Shown: in pieces, positions 27,606-36,975 of the stretch
How the letters are laid out: every line of letters begins with the position of its first letter
Position numbering within the stretch: position 1 is the stretch's first letter
Virus record (IMG/VR): IMGVR_UViG_3300037042_002251
DNA: 64,000 bases
Strand: one strand, 5' to 3'
Source: an uncultured virus (IMG/VR IMGVR_UViG_3300037042_002251)
Taxonomy: Duplodnaviria; Heunggongvirae; Uroviricota; Caudoviricetes
Made by a program: the position numbers and the translations under genes
The notes under the pieces: model-generated
Seen by the model: only the letters and a program-made list of their open reading frames with translations
The model's database searches: none
What the model was told of the DNA's origin: nothing

Positions 27606-27950
27606 ATGGCGATGACCCTGACGAAGGCTGCGGACGAGAGAGATGAGGCCCGGCATCGTGCGGAGGATTGGGTCCGCCACGTCATGGCGCGCAAGGTCGA
27701 AGTGTCCCTCATTCGGCACGAACGTCGAATCGACGAGGACACGCCGCTCTACCGCATGGTCGGAGAGTGTCTGCACTTCCTCGGTCAAGAGGGGATGCTC
27801 GACGAAGCCAAGCGGTTCGTTGAGGCGTTGGAGGCGTACGAGGAGGCAGCGGCGAACTACGTTGTGGCCTTCGCCGCCAAACTCCCGACCGACCTCGAAC
27901 AGATGCACGCCGAAGCGGAGGACGTGCCAGACTACCTTTCGGAGCCGTAG
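27606..27950 (+). CDS. hypothetical helical protein
   Basis: Abuts the previous stop. Confidence 0.7.
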   Translation: MAMTLTKAADERDEARHRAEDWVRHVMARKVEVSLIRHERRIDEDTPLYRMVGECLHFLGQEGMLDEAKRFVEALEAYEEAAANYVVAFAAKLPTDLEQMHAEAEDVPDYLSEP

Positions 27951-28001
27951 CACTCCGATAGGTCTCCCCTCGTTGTTCCCGTGGCCGGGCCTCGGTATGC
28001 T
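27948..28001 (+). promoter_or_regulatory. late-class promoter
   Basis: TAGCACTC at 27948; TATGCT starts 48 bp later. Confidence 0.7.
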
Positions 28002-28024
28002 CCAGTTCGATTACGGAGACCGAA

Positions 28025-28879
28025 GTGTTCGGAAACGACGACATGCTCCCCAACAACTACGGTTACGGGGATGGTGAGGCTTCCGCCTACTCGGGCATGA
28101 ACGAGTACGGTGCTGCCGCTGCGGAATCTTCGTACGGAGGCATCTTCGCCGGGGATGTCCAGCAGACGGCGATGACCCCGCAGCAAGACCGTCCCAAGAT
28201 GCGGGTTGTCCCCAACCCCGGAGAGTACGGCTACGCCGAGTTCATGGCGGAGCGTGCTGGCATCGTCATCCCGGACCGCTCGGCGTACGGGCAGTCTGAG
28301 GACTACGGAGCGACGCCAGAGCAGAAGGCAGCGATGAAGACGGCAAAGGGCGTCGCGGCGATGGCCCTGCGTCAGCCTACCGTCACGCCGTCCTCCTCCG
28401 CAGACGACATCAAGGGCCTTCAGCGGGCTCTTACCAACGCCAAGAGCGGCAACTTCAAGTTGAAGCCCAGCGGCAAGGCGAAGGACGGAGTGGACGGGAA
28501 CTGGGGTTCCGACACGACGGAGAAGTTGGGCTTTGTGCAAACTGCGGCAGGCGTGGCCCGTGTGGCGCAGACCACCCCCGAGGTGTGGGCTTGGCTCATG
28601 GCGGAGAATGAGGCTAGCGCGAAGTTGGCAGTCGCCGCCCTCAAGGGTGCCCGTCTGAAGTCCGGAGCCGCTGCTGCGGGCGGTGCGCTGTTGGAGGGGG
28701 CCATCGAGGGCTTCACCCGTACGGTGGCTCCGCCCCCGGCTGCTGCCGACGCCACTCCGGTGGGTGGAGGCGGTGGGGGCAGCACGAGTGATGGGCCGGA
28801 CTACGTCAAGTGGGGCCTCATCGCAGGTGGCGTGGTGCTCGGAGTGGTCCTGCTGACCGTCGTTCTTCGGAAGGACTGA
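28025..28879 (+). CDS. YG-repeat protein with peptidoglycan-binding-like motif and C-terminal TM
   Basis: IKGLQRAL...DGVDGNWGSDT resembles PG_binding_1; seven YG/YSG-containing motifs in the N-terminal third. Confidence 0.75.
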   Translation: MFGNDDMLPNNYGYGDGEASAYSGMNEYGAAAAESSYGGIFAGDVQQTAMTPQQDRPKMRVVPNPGEYGYAEFMAERAGIVIPDRSAYGQSEDYGATPEQKAAMKTAKGVAAMALRQPTVTPSSSADDIKGLQRALTNAKSGNFKLKPSGKAKDGVDGNWGSDTTEKLGFVQTAAGVARVAQTTPEVWAWLMAENEASAKLAVAALKGARLKSGAAAAGGALLEGAIEGFTRTVAPPPAAADATPVGGGGGGSTSDGPDYVKWGLIAGGVVLGVVLLTVVLRKD

Positions 28880-28881
28880 AC

Positions 28882-29370
28882 ATGGCGTATCGTCACAACT
28901 CCTCGAAGAAGGTCTTCGTCCGTTCGCGGGCGACGCTCGACTTCTACCCGCTGCCCCATGCCTACTACACGGGTCTCCCGACGGATTCCTACAACCTCGT
29001 GGGGTACTCGGGTTCTGCTGAAGACGAGATGCTCAAGGCGCTCGAGTCCGAGGGCAGTTCTGACAAGGTGGCGTCGGGCAAGTTCGATTGGAACGCTCTG
29101 GTCGGCAAGGCCGGAGACGCCGTGGGTGTCATCGGTGCCAAGGCATGGGAAGCCCGTCAGGCCCGCAAGTCGCAGCAGGACTTGCTGAAGGCCCAGACGG
29201 AGCAGGCCAAGTGGGCTGCTCTGTCCGAGGCCGCGAAGGTCAAGGGCACGGGTGGGGGCTCCTCGGGCGCATCCACCATGAACATCGTCCTCATCGGTCT
29301 ACTCGGAGCCGCCGTTCTCTTCGGTGGCGTTCTTCTCTTCAAGTCCAAGCCCGCCGAGGGCGAGGAGTAG
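28882..29370 (+). CDS. C-terminally anchored membrane protein
   Basis: AAGGA upstream; TM followed by KSK. Confidence 0.75.
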   Translation: MAYRHNSSKKVFVRSRATLDFYPLPHAYYTGLPTDSYNLVGYSGSAEDEMLKALESEGSSDKVASGKFDWNALVGKAGDAVGVIGAKAWEARQARKSQQDLLKAQTEQAKWAALSEAAKVKGTGGGSSGASTMNIVLIGLLGAAVLFGGVLLFKSKPAEGEE

Positions 29371-29374
29371 TCAA

Positions 29375-30433
29375 ATGTCCAGTTCCTACGGCGATGGCAT
29401 GTTCTTCTACCTCAAGCCCGTGGGCGCGGGCCCGGGCTACCCCGGTTCGGGCTCCGGGTACGGGGAGTTGGCCTTCAATGGTCAGGTCTACACGGACGGC
29501 AAGGACTACGCCGGGTACGGCCAGATGGCGTTCGACGGTCAGGTCTACACCGACGCGAAGGACTACCCCGTGCAGGCTCCGCTCCGTCTCGGCTACGGCG
29601 CGGCGGACTATGGCCGTGCCGCCAAGTGGAACCTGCGCCCCGGAGTTCAGACCAGCGAGATTCGGTTCAAGTACGGGAATGAGGAGCCTGCGGACGCAGC
29701 CGTTCGTATCGTTTACGACTACGAGAAGATGGTGCCGAATCAGAACAGCATCGACCTCGTGAATGAGCAGATTGCGTACTACAAGGACTACGCCGAGGCT
29801 CGCCGCAAGGAATGTCGGACCCTCGACGGGTCGTCCACAGGAACTCCGCTTGCCGGTTACCGCGACGAGTGCCGCAAGTACCGTGTCACGTTGAAGGTTC
29901 TGGAGCACTACCAGAAGGCGCTCAACTTCCTCAATCGGAAGATTGCGGAGCGTGGAGCCCGTCCGGCTCCCCAGATTCTTCGCTACGCCCCTCCGGTCGT
30001 GCGTCAGGGCTTCCGTCCGACCCCGCAGACCATCCCGAGTGACCTCCGGCAGGCTCTTGCCCGCCTTGAGGCGGCTCGTCGGGCTGCCCGTGACGCTCGG
30101 ATGCGTCAGCAGTACGAGATGGAGATTGCCCGTCTCCAGCAGTTGCTCATGGCGCAGCAGGCTGCGGCGGTCCAGCAGACGGCCCCTCCGCTGACCCAGT
30201 ACGCTCCGGCCCCCTCGGTGTCGCAGGCCCCGATGGTTCAGGTTCCGGAGGGTGCCGTTCAGGCCATGCCGGAGCCCGAGGAAGTGCGTGAGAAGCAGGT
30301 CGTCGGTCTCGACACCGAGGCGAGCGTTGCGGAGGAGCCTTCCTTCGTCGCGAAGTACGGTCTGTTCGTCGGCCTCGCCGCTCTCGCCGCTGGCGGGTAC
30401 TGGTACATGAACCGCGACAAGTCGAAGGTCTGA
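29375..30433 (+). CDS. YG-repeat coiled-coil protein with C-terminal TM
   Basis: Duplicated YG(E/Q)(L/M)AF(N/D)GQVYTD(G/A)KDY; TM followed by a basic tail. Confidence 0.8.
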   Translation: MSSSYGDGMFFYLKPVGAGPGYPGSGSGYGELAFNGQVYTDGKDYAGYGQMAFDGQVYTDAKDYPVQAPLRLGYGAADYGRAAKWNLRPGVQTSEIRFKYGNEEPADAAVRIVYDYEKMVPNQNSIDLVNEQIAYYKDYAEARRKECRTLDGSSTGTPLAGYRDECRKYRVTLKVLEHYQKALNFLNRKIAERGARPAPQILRYAPPVVRQGFRPTPQTIPSDLRQALARLEAARRAARDARMRQQYEMEIARLQQLLMAQQAAAVQQTAPPLTQYAPAPSVSQAPMVQVPEGAVQAMPEPEEVREKQVVGLDTEASVAEEPSFVAKYGLFVGLAALAAGGYWYMNRDKSKV

Positions 30434-30951
30434 TGCACTCCCTCACCCACTTCCACGAAGCGCAGCGGGGCGACGGCTGTGGCACCTACGGAGACGTGGG
30501 TGACACGGGCTTCGAGTTCCTTGTGACGAATGAGGGTGAGGTCTACAAGCAGGCGACCTCGTGGTGGCCGGGGCGGGACAAGGTCTATGACCTGTACTAC
30601 TCCGCTGCCTCCAAGACCGACTACTCCAACGACTTCAACACGCAGTCCTACGACTCCGATGCTGACGTGAAGCGCATCATGGGGAGGGCCGTCGCCTCGT
30701 GGAACGACTTCGGCACGGCGAGGAAGTACGCGGACAGCGTCATCTCCGCCAATCGAAAGGGCGACAGCAAGCCGCCTCCGTCCCCCACCGGGTCGGGCGG
30801 CGGTCGAGATGAGAAAGAAGGTCCCGGAGTGGGGCCGCTGCTCATTGGTGCCGGAGTTCTCGCTGCGGCGGGGGTCCTCGGCTTCGCCATTTACAAGATG
30901 CGGGGCACGGGTGAGACCGTCTCCGAAGTTCTCCCCGAAGAGGTGAAGTGA
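30433..30951 (+). CDS. FHxAxR-leader membrane-anchored protein
   Basis: FHEAQRG...TYG leader; C-terminal TM. Confidence 0.8.
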   Translation: MHSLTHFHEAQRGDGCGTYGDVGDTGFEFLVTNEGEVYKQATSWWPGRDKVYDLYYSAASKTDYSNDFNTQSYDSDADVKRIMGRAVASWNDFGTARKYADSVISANRKGDSKPPPSPTGSGGGRDEKEGPGVGPLLIGAGVLAAAGVLGFAIYKMRGTGETVSEVLPEEVK

Positions 30952-31775
30952 TGTCCGCGTCGTTCCACATGGCCCAGCGCACGGGCGTCATTCTCTCCGG
31001 CGACTACTCAGGAGACTACTCCGGCACCAACATGCCGGAATCAGGAAAGTACGGCATCACGAGCGATGGCTCGGTTTGGCACAACGGGCGGGTGTACAAC
31101 ACGCATTGGGAGCCGCCGAAGTGGAACGTTGAGAGAAGTACCAACGACACCATCATGGAAAGGCTTACGCAGAAAAACGTCGCCTCCCGTTCGAGTTTCG
31201 AGGCGGCTGTTGAGGTTGCCAAGAAGTTGCGCGCAAAGAAGTCTGAGACCGGCGCGCAGGGTGACGAGCAGAGCCGATTGGAAGGCATCGCCAAGGAAAA
31301 GGGCGGATTCCTTGAGATGCTCAATGGAACGTACACCGACGGTTCGTACACGTACGTGGTGAAGAGCAACGTCGAAGCCTACGTCGAGGAGACGGGTAAG
31401 ACCTTCACGCCTGATACCGAGTCGTGGGTCAAGTTCACCACCGACCTCAACGCCGCGAACAAGGCGGGTAAACTCACACGCGGCAAGGCTACGGCAAAGC
31501 CGAAGGCGTCGAGTGGTGGCGGGGGGTCCTCCTACACCCCGTCCTACGCCCCGGCTGCGGTGACACCTCCGGCCTCTTCAACTGCAACGCCGTTCTACAA
31601 GGCGAAGTGGTTCCTTCCGGCGGTTGCCGGAGGTACGGTTCTTCTCGTCCTCGCCATCGCCCTGTGGCCCAAGAAGAAGAAGGACTCGGCTCCGGTGGTC
31701 TACCTTCCGGCCCCGGCTCCCGTGCCTGTCCCCGCTCCGGTCGCTCCTACCCTCCCCGCCCCGCAGGTCATCTGA
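30951..31775 (+). CDS. FHxAxR-leader membrane-anchored protein
   Basis: FHMAQRTG...DYSGDYSG; GKYGIT domain; TPFYKAKWFLP then TM. Confidence 0.8.
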   Translation: MSASFHMAQRTGVILSGDYSGDYSGTNMPESGKYGITSDGSVWHNGRVYNTHWEPPKWNVERSTNDTIMERLTQKNVASRSSFEAAVEVAKKLRAKKSETGAQGDEQSRLEGIAKEKGGFLEMLNGTYTDGSYTYVVKSNVEAYVEETGKTFTPDTESWVKFTTDLNAANKAGKLTRGKATAKPKASSGGGGSSYTPSYAPAAVTPPASSTATPFYKAKWFLPAVAGGTVLLVLAIALWPKKKKDSAPVVYLPAPAPVPVPAPVAPTLPAPQVI

Positions 31776-32269
31776 TGTCTGCACAGTTTCACCTTGCCCA
31801 CCGGGGTCTCTCCTTGGCACAGGGCAATCAGATGCCCCAGACCCGCCGCAACAGCGAGTACTCCGGTGAGCATTTGCCCCCGGTCGGAAAGTACGGAGTT
31901 ACGGAGAAGGGGTACGTCTGGCTCAACTCGGACCCTGTGCAGTTTTGGTCTCCAGAGAGCAACTGGGAGGTGTCCAAGAAGCCGAGTGCCAAGTTCAAGG
32001 CATCGCTCATGGACGCCAACGTGGGCTATCGGTCGTCTTTTGACGCAGCGTTGGCCGCAGCAAAGTCCCGCGCCTCCGGTACACCCGCTCCGGTCCCCGC
32101 TCCGGGGGGAGCCCCGGTTCCCGGTGGTGAGGGAGCACCCACGCCGGGTACGGAGACCCCCTTCTACGAGAAGGGTTGGTTCCTTCCTGTCGTGGGTGTG
32201 AGTGCGTTGGGCATCGTACTCGCCATCGCGCTCTGGCCGTCCTCAAAGCCGGAGACGGCCAAGGTATGA
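31775..32269 (+). CDS. FHxAxR-leader membrane-anchored protein, paralog of 30951-31775
   Basis: FHLAHRG...EYSG; GKYGVT domain; TPFYEKGWFLP then TM. Confidence 0.8.
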   Translation: MSAQFHLAHRGLSLAQGNQMPQTRRNSEYSGEHLPPVGKYGVTEKGYVWLNSDPVQFWSPESNWEVSKKPSAKFKASLMDANVGYRSSFDAALAAAKSRASGTPAPVPAPGGAPVPGGEGAPTPGTETPFYEKGWFLPVVGVSALGIVLAIALWPSSKPETAKV

Positions 32270-32838
32270 GCAAGTACCTCAATCCCGCTGACGCGTACAC
32301 CGAGTGGCATTGGGGCATCGCTCCGTCCCACATCAAAGAGTGGGCGGACCCGGACTACCCGGACGGCCCGTTCGTCGAGTGTGGCCGTCTCACGGAGATT
32401 TACGTCCATGAGCCGGGGCGTCTGAAGGACACCATCATCAAGTTGAACAAGGCGGAGGGCAACGGCTCTCACCTCGTGTTCGACCCCGCGCATCGTGCCC
32501 AGCGGCTCTACATGTTCTGCGCTCCGCAGTTCTGTCAGAGGATGAAGGAGAAGTATCTCCGAACCCCCCGGTACAACTTCCTCCCGATGTCTGAACTGGC
32601 GCGCTCTCTCGGTGGTCGTCACGGCACTCCGGACTACCCGAAGATTCCGGTCGTTCCCATCGGCATCATCACCAACGTGGTGTACGCCACGGAGAAGAAG
32701 GGCGACGGGTTCTCGTTCTACATCCACAAGTTGGGCGAGGAGAGCGGCATCCGTCCCTGCCTCGCCATTGACCACCGGGGACGGTTGTGGATTGTGGGTG
32801 GCAACTACACGGCTCCGACGCCGGGCATCACCGACTAG
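32266..32838 (+). CDS. globular protein of unknown function, probably virion-associated
   Basis: GGAG upstream; begins MSKYLNP; beta-rich C-terminus. Confidence 0.75.
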   Translation: MSKYLNPADAYTEWHWGIAPSHIKEWADPDYPDGPFVECGRLTEIYVHEPGRLKDTIIKLNKAEGNGSHLVFDPAHRAQRLYMFCAPQFCQRMKEKYLRTPRYNFLPMSELARSLGGRHGTPDYPKIPVVPIGIITNVVYATEKKGDGFSFYIHKLGEESGIRPCLAIDHRGRLWIVGGNYTAPTPGITD

Positions 32839-33053
32839 CGGCGACTGTTCCCGATTGCGTTCAACTTCTCCGTGCTCTCGTAGACCGTGATGTAGTCCGA
32901 GAGTGCCGACCGAACGAGGTCGGAGACCGATGTGTGGTCTCCGGTCTTGGCCGTCTCGTCCTCGGCAATCTCACGGAGACGGTTGAACACCCTCGTACGT
33001 ACCCGCACCCTCATCAAGTGGTGGGTGGGCACCTTGTCTGACGTTTCCGACAA
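32835..33053 (-). CDS. ribbon-helix-helix protein
   Basis: MRVRVRTRVFNRLREIA...SVSDLVRSALSDYI; AGGAGG before a TTG start. Confidence 0.7.
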   Translation of the reverse strand: MSETSDKVPTHHLMRVRVRTRVFNRLREIAEDETAKTGDHTSVSDLVRSALSDYITVYESTEKLNAIGNSRR

Positions 33054-33206
33054 TCGACACCTCCTGCACGACGGGCATAGCACCATGCGTAGCACTACAT
33101 CAAGCCCTAGTTAACGGTCGTGAACTTGCACGGAGGGCTCTACGGTGGGAAGGTAGAACCGTCGGGGCAACGCCCCCGCGTTCCCCCCAACCCGGAGACC
33201 ATCCAG

Positions 33207-34739
33207 ATGGCGATTTACGTCACCAACCCTTACGGACGTATGCGTCACAACGGGGCCCTCAACGCTCTCGTTGCCAAGCACCTCGGCCTCAAGGGACTCA
33301 AGTCCGAGGCGAACCGCGCTGCGGTTGCCGCCTTCAAGCGTTCCCCCGAGTACAAGTCTTGGCTCGCCAAGAACGAGAAGGCCGTTTCTTCGGAGCGCAG
33401 CGCGAAGAAGGAGCGTACCGCTACTTCCAAGAAGAGCGGCAAGAACTTCCTGACGGAGATTCTTGGCTACACCCGTGAGAAGGGTGGTCGTGGCAAGGCT
33501 GGCAAGTTGGTGCGTCCCACCAGCAAGCCCGCTGGGAAGCGCACGGCTGCTGCGGCGGCGGCTCCGGCTGCTGCTGCTGCTCCGGCGGCGGCGGGGAAGC
33601 GCGCCGAGGGCGAGATGTTCAAGAACGCTGCTGGCCGCTACATGGTGGTGGTCGGTGGGCGTGCGCGCTTCGCCACCAAGGAGCAGGTTGCTGCTCACGA
33701 GGCGGGCGGGGCCAAGTCGAAGGGCGGTCGTCGTCGCAAGAACCCGATGTTCGAGTCTGACTCGTTCGCGGGCCGTGCGAAGGAGTTGCTCAAGTCCGAA
33801 GTGACCATCAACTCCCTCGTGGGTGGCGGCGCTGCGGCGGCGGTGCACTTCGTGCTCGTGCCGGTGGCCGCTCCGATTGTCGCCAAGATTCCCTACGGCG
33901 TCGGCACGGTGCTCAGCAAGGCCCCGTACGCCATCACCGGCTTCGTCGGTGCGGCGGCTGCGGCGGCGGCGGGTGCCTTCATGGAGCCCGGCAAGTTGCG
34001 GAACTCCCTCGTCTCCGTTGGTGGGGCCATCGCGACCTTCGGCGTTGCCATCGAGGTGTTCAACTACCTCAGCCGTCGTGGCGCGGCGGCGGCTCCGGCG
34101 GCGAAGTCCGACAAGGCCGGTCTCTACGAGAGCGACATGGGTGCGCTCTACGAGAGCCAGTTGGGCGGGCTCTACGAGGACGGTACCACCGTCGTCGGCA
34201 ATCCGTACGCGGGCGTGGAGGTCGTTTCCAACCCTTTTGATTTCGCCGGTACTGCCGCCTTCGGTGGTACCGGCGGGTCGAATGAGTTGGGCGCGCTCTC
34301 CGCTTCCTACGGAGACGCCAAGATGAGTGACGCGGCGCTTGCTCCCCTCGACTTCGCGGTCGAGGAGGGTCAGGCTCTTATCGACGGTCCTGCGGTCATC
34401 GTCCGGAAGTTCGGTCTTCCGGTCACGGCTCGCGGCGCTCGTTCGGCGGAGTACTCTCCTTTGGTCTCCCAGCCGATGCACCGTTGGGCGTGGCTTGTCC
34501 GTCTCGTCGGGTTCGAGAAGGCTTCCCAGATTGCGGCTCTCCCTCCGGAGACCCGTCTGAAGGTCCTCGCGGCTCTCAAGCGGCAGGCTCTCGCTACGGT
34601 GAACAAGGCTCTGTCTATGGTTCCGCAGCAGGCGACCATGAACACCACGCTCCTCTCCGACTACGCGTCGTTGGGGGCCCACGGTGCCATGTCCGCTACT
34701 GACTTCGGTGCCACCATCTTCGCTGGCGCGGGCTACTGA
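33207..34739 (+). CDS. basic NP-motif, multi-TM protein upstream of the capsid gene
   Basis: K/R/A-rich N-terminus, three hydrophobic segments, four NP motifs, several (L/M/Y/F)G motifs. Confidence 0.85.
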   Translation: MAIYVTNPYGRMRHNGALNALVAKHLGLKGLKSEANRAAVAAFKRSPEYKSWLAKNEKAVSSERSAKKERTATSKKSGKNFLTEILGYTREKGGRGKAGKLVRPTSKPAGKRTAAAAAAPAAAAAPAAAGKRAEGEMFKNAAGRYMVVVGGRARFATKEQVAAHEAGGAKSKGGRRRKNPMFESDSFAGRAKELLKSEVTINSLVGGGAAAAVHFVLVPVAAPIVAKIPYGVGTVLSKAPYAITGFVGAAAAAAAGAFMEPGKLRNSLVSVGGAIATFGVAIEVFNYLSRRGAAAAPAAKSDKAGLYESDMGALYESQLGGLYEDGTTVVGNPYAGVEVVSNPFDFAGTAAFGGTGGSNELGALSASYGDAKMSDAALAPLDFAVEEGQALIDGPAVIVRKFGLPVTARGARSAEYSPLVSQPMHRWAWLVRLVGFEKASQIAALPPETRLKVLAALKRQALATVNKALSMVPQQATMNTTLLSDYASLGAHGAMSATDFGATIFAGAGY

Positions 34740-34789
34740 CCTGCGCTAGTCTCCCCCTGTCAAGTTTCTCTCTCCTCAAGGAGTTCCCA

Positions 34790-35503
34790 ATGGCTCACTA
34801 CGGCGTTCCCGGCATCCCCCTCGTCAGCGAGGGCTCCGGCCCCATCCCCCCGGTTCCGTTCCAGACCCCCCAGAACATCTTCCGCTTTGGCGAGCAGACG
34901 CTGTGGAGCACCCAGTTGCTCGGTCAGGCGAACGCGGCCATCGCGAACACCCAGTTCCGCGTCTTCACCACCCCCCTCGGGCAGGTGGGTCAGGGCTTCA
35001 CGGCGGGTCTCACCATCGCGGAGACCAACCTCAAGGAAGGCGGTCGTGTTCCGGCGGGCGTGGCCTACGACGTGTTCGGCATCGCGACGGAGTTGACCTC
35101 CTCCACCCAGACTGCCGCCCCCGGCACCTCGGCTGAGGGTACCATCAACAACCCGGCGAGCACGGCGGCTCTCGTGACCGACATGCTCAACGTGCAGCGC
35201 AACAGCGCGCTCTCGTGGGACTTCACGCAGACGACCGTGGACATCTGCCCCGTGACCCTCGCGGGCGCGGGCGGCGGTCTGTTCGGTGCCGAGGCCACCA
35301 CGCTCAACAACACGAGCGTCGGCCACATGAACAACGGCAACGGTCAGGTGTGGATGTACCGCAAGCACCCCGTGGCGCTTCCGGGCAACAGCACCTTCGC
35401 CATCCTGCTCCGCTTCGGCAGCCGTGCGGCGAACCTCGTGAACATCATGGCCGTCCGCATCACGCTCATGGGCTACTACAAGAACGTGATTGAAATCGGG
35501 TAG
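34790..35503 (+). CDS. probable single-jelly-roll major capsid protein
   Basis: Beta-rich 237 aa with LTIAETNLKEGGRVPAGVAYDVFGI, resembling the TN..G.(L/V)P...(F/Y).V..I pattern I associate with P23-77-like SJR capsid proteins; strong SD, biased codons, terminator downstream. Confidence 0.6.
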   Translation: MAHYGVPGIPLVSEGSGPIPPVPFQTPQNIFRFGEQTLWSTQLLGQANAAIANTQFRVFTTPLGQVGQGFTAGLTIAETNLKEGGRVPAGVAYDVFGIATELTSSTQTAAPGTSAEGTINNPASTAALVTDMLNVQRNSALSWDFTQTTVDICPVTLAGAGGGLFGAEATTLNNTSVGHMNNGNGQVWMYRKHPVALPGNSTFAILLRFGSRAANLVNIMAVRITLMGYYKNVIEIG

Positions 35504-35556
35504 TATTACGGAGGTTCGTCAACAACGAACTTCCTGATACGACGATTTCACGTCAA

Positions 35557-35592
35557 ACAAGCCGCCTCTCGGGAAACCGAGGGGCGGTTTGT
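35557..35592 (+). terminator. intrinsic terminator after the capsid gene
   Basis: ACAAGCCGCCTCTCGG-GAAA-CCGAGGGGCGGTTTGT. Confidence 0.85.
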
Positions 35593-35640
35593 CGTTGGGA
35601 CGCTTGACGGCCCGGCCACTACAAGTCCACGCTCCGGTCG

Positions 35641-35692
35641 TAGCACCCCGATTTGACTGTGGGCTCCACAGGATGCGCCAACGTGCTACGCT
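35641..35692 (+). promoter_or_regulatory. late-class promoter
   Basis: TAGCACCC at 35641; TGC-TACGCT with the -10 starting 46 bp later. Confidence 0.65.
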
Positions 35693-35724
35693 CCTGCCGT
35701 CCCCTGATTCGGAGCGTCATCACC

Positions 35725-36354
35725 ATGAACTACGACAACTTCGGTCGTCCTGTCCCGCCTCAGCAGTACGGCAACGCGCCCCAGCAGGCGGGCGCGGACG
35801 GTGCGGGCCCCACGGCTCGTATCGCCATGCCGACCATTGGGCAGATGGGCGGTCCGGCCCAGCAGCCTTGGGTTCGTTTCCCCTTCTTCCCCACGGCTCC
35901 GTTCTACTCGACGAACCCTGCCGTTGGGTACCAGATTCGCTACTACTCGACGGGCCTCCTCTCTACCGACGCCGACGTGGCGGTCGGTACGGAGACCATC
36001 CGTACGGTGCAGTTCGACATCCCGGCCCGCATCATCGCCATCAACGCCTCGTGCGTGAACACGGCGGCGAACGGTCCGCTGCCCATCGGTGTCAATCCCC
36101 GTGACTGCTTCCTGTTCCGCGTGGAGTACACCACGGGTGACCGTCTGCACGTCGCGGCTCGCCTCGGCAGCACGGTGTGCGGCTCGGCGGACAACCCCGG
36201 AGAACTTGGCGGGGCGGGCTACACCGTTGACCAAGGCGCGGCGCTCATCGTCGGCATCACGCCCATCAACCCCATCCCGGCGAACTTCCGTATCGACGTG
36301 ACGTTCCATTGTCTGGAGATGCGCGGCTCCGCCAACTTCGTCGGCGGGCGGTAA
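35725..36354 (+). CDS. beta-rich structural protein (second or minor jelly-roll capsid candidate)
   Basis: Alternating beta pattern; adjacent to the capsid gene. Confidence 0.6.
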   Translation: MNYDNFGRPVPPQQYGNAPQQAGADGAGPTARIAMPTIGQMGGPAQQPWVRFPFFPTAPFYSTNPAVGYQIRYYSTGLLSTDADVAVGTETIRTVQFDIPARIIAINASCVNTAANGPLPIGVNPRDCFLFRVEYTTGDRLHVAARLGSTVCGSADNPGELGGAGYTVDQGAALIVGITPINPIPANFRIDVTFHCLEMRGSANFVGGR

Positions 36355-36360
36355 GCCCTC

Positions 36361-36975
36361 GTGTCGTCCTACCCTCTGCCCTACCCCCTTCCGCAGGGAT
36401 ACGACCCGAACGGCCCGTACCGCAATCCGGGTCAGTCGATGCCGTCCCCGTCGCCCTCCGACGCTCCGGTCGGGCTGTGGAATGGCAATCGGCAGCAGTT
36501 GACGGGATGGATTCCGAACCCCGGCTTCGGAGTTCTGTGGCAGTACCAATGGGCGTCTCCCATCTTCGACATGAGGCCGGACCTCCGGTCCATGTCGGAG
36601 AACCGTACGAACAAGACGTTCTCCGGTATCCCCATCTGGCGTGCTGCTGGACAGAACATGGGGTCGAAGTTGCTCGTGCAGTTCCACGGTCTCACGGACC
36701 TCCGGGGCTTCCGAGCGTTCTCTCTGGACGAGGGGCACATCCTCGACGTGGCGCAGACCCAGACGCTCACCGCTCCGGAAGACATCACGGCCCAGTTCAC
36801 CAACAAGGGGACGGACGCCGTGGTCATTTTCGACCCGTTCGGAGGTTCCTACCCCATCCGATACTGGCGTCAGCGCATCATCCTTGAGGTGCTGGACGGG
36901 TTTGGCTTCCCTACCCCGCCTGCGCCTAATGTTGATGAACCTTACATCCTGACTGTTCAGGCTGCGGTGTACTGA
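36361..36975 (+). CDS. beta-rich structural protein candidate
   Basis: Pro-rich N-terminal arm and beta-rich body. Confidence 0.6.
   Translation: MSSYPLPYPLPQGYDPNGPYRNPGQSMPSPSPSDAPVGLWNGNRQQLTGWIPNPGFGVLWQYQWASPIFDMRPDLRSMSENRTNKTFSGIPIWRAAGQNMGSKLLVQFHGLTDLRGFRAFSLDEGHILDVAQTQTLTAPEDITAQFTNKGTDAVVIFDPFGGSYPIRYWRQRIILEVLDGFGFPTPPAPNVDEPYILTVQAAVY

Noticed and set aside
33078..33146. Counting the 33078/33090 TAGCAC pair as a canonical late promoter
   Set aside because: The nearest -10-like hexamer (TACGGT at 33141) is 51 bp from the second box and the start codon 117 bp away, outside the range of the other six; kept only as a loose copy.
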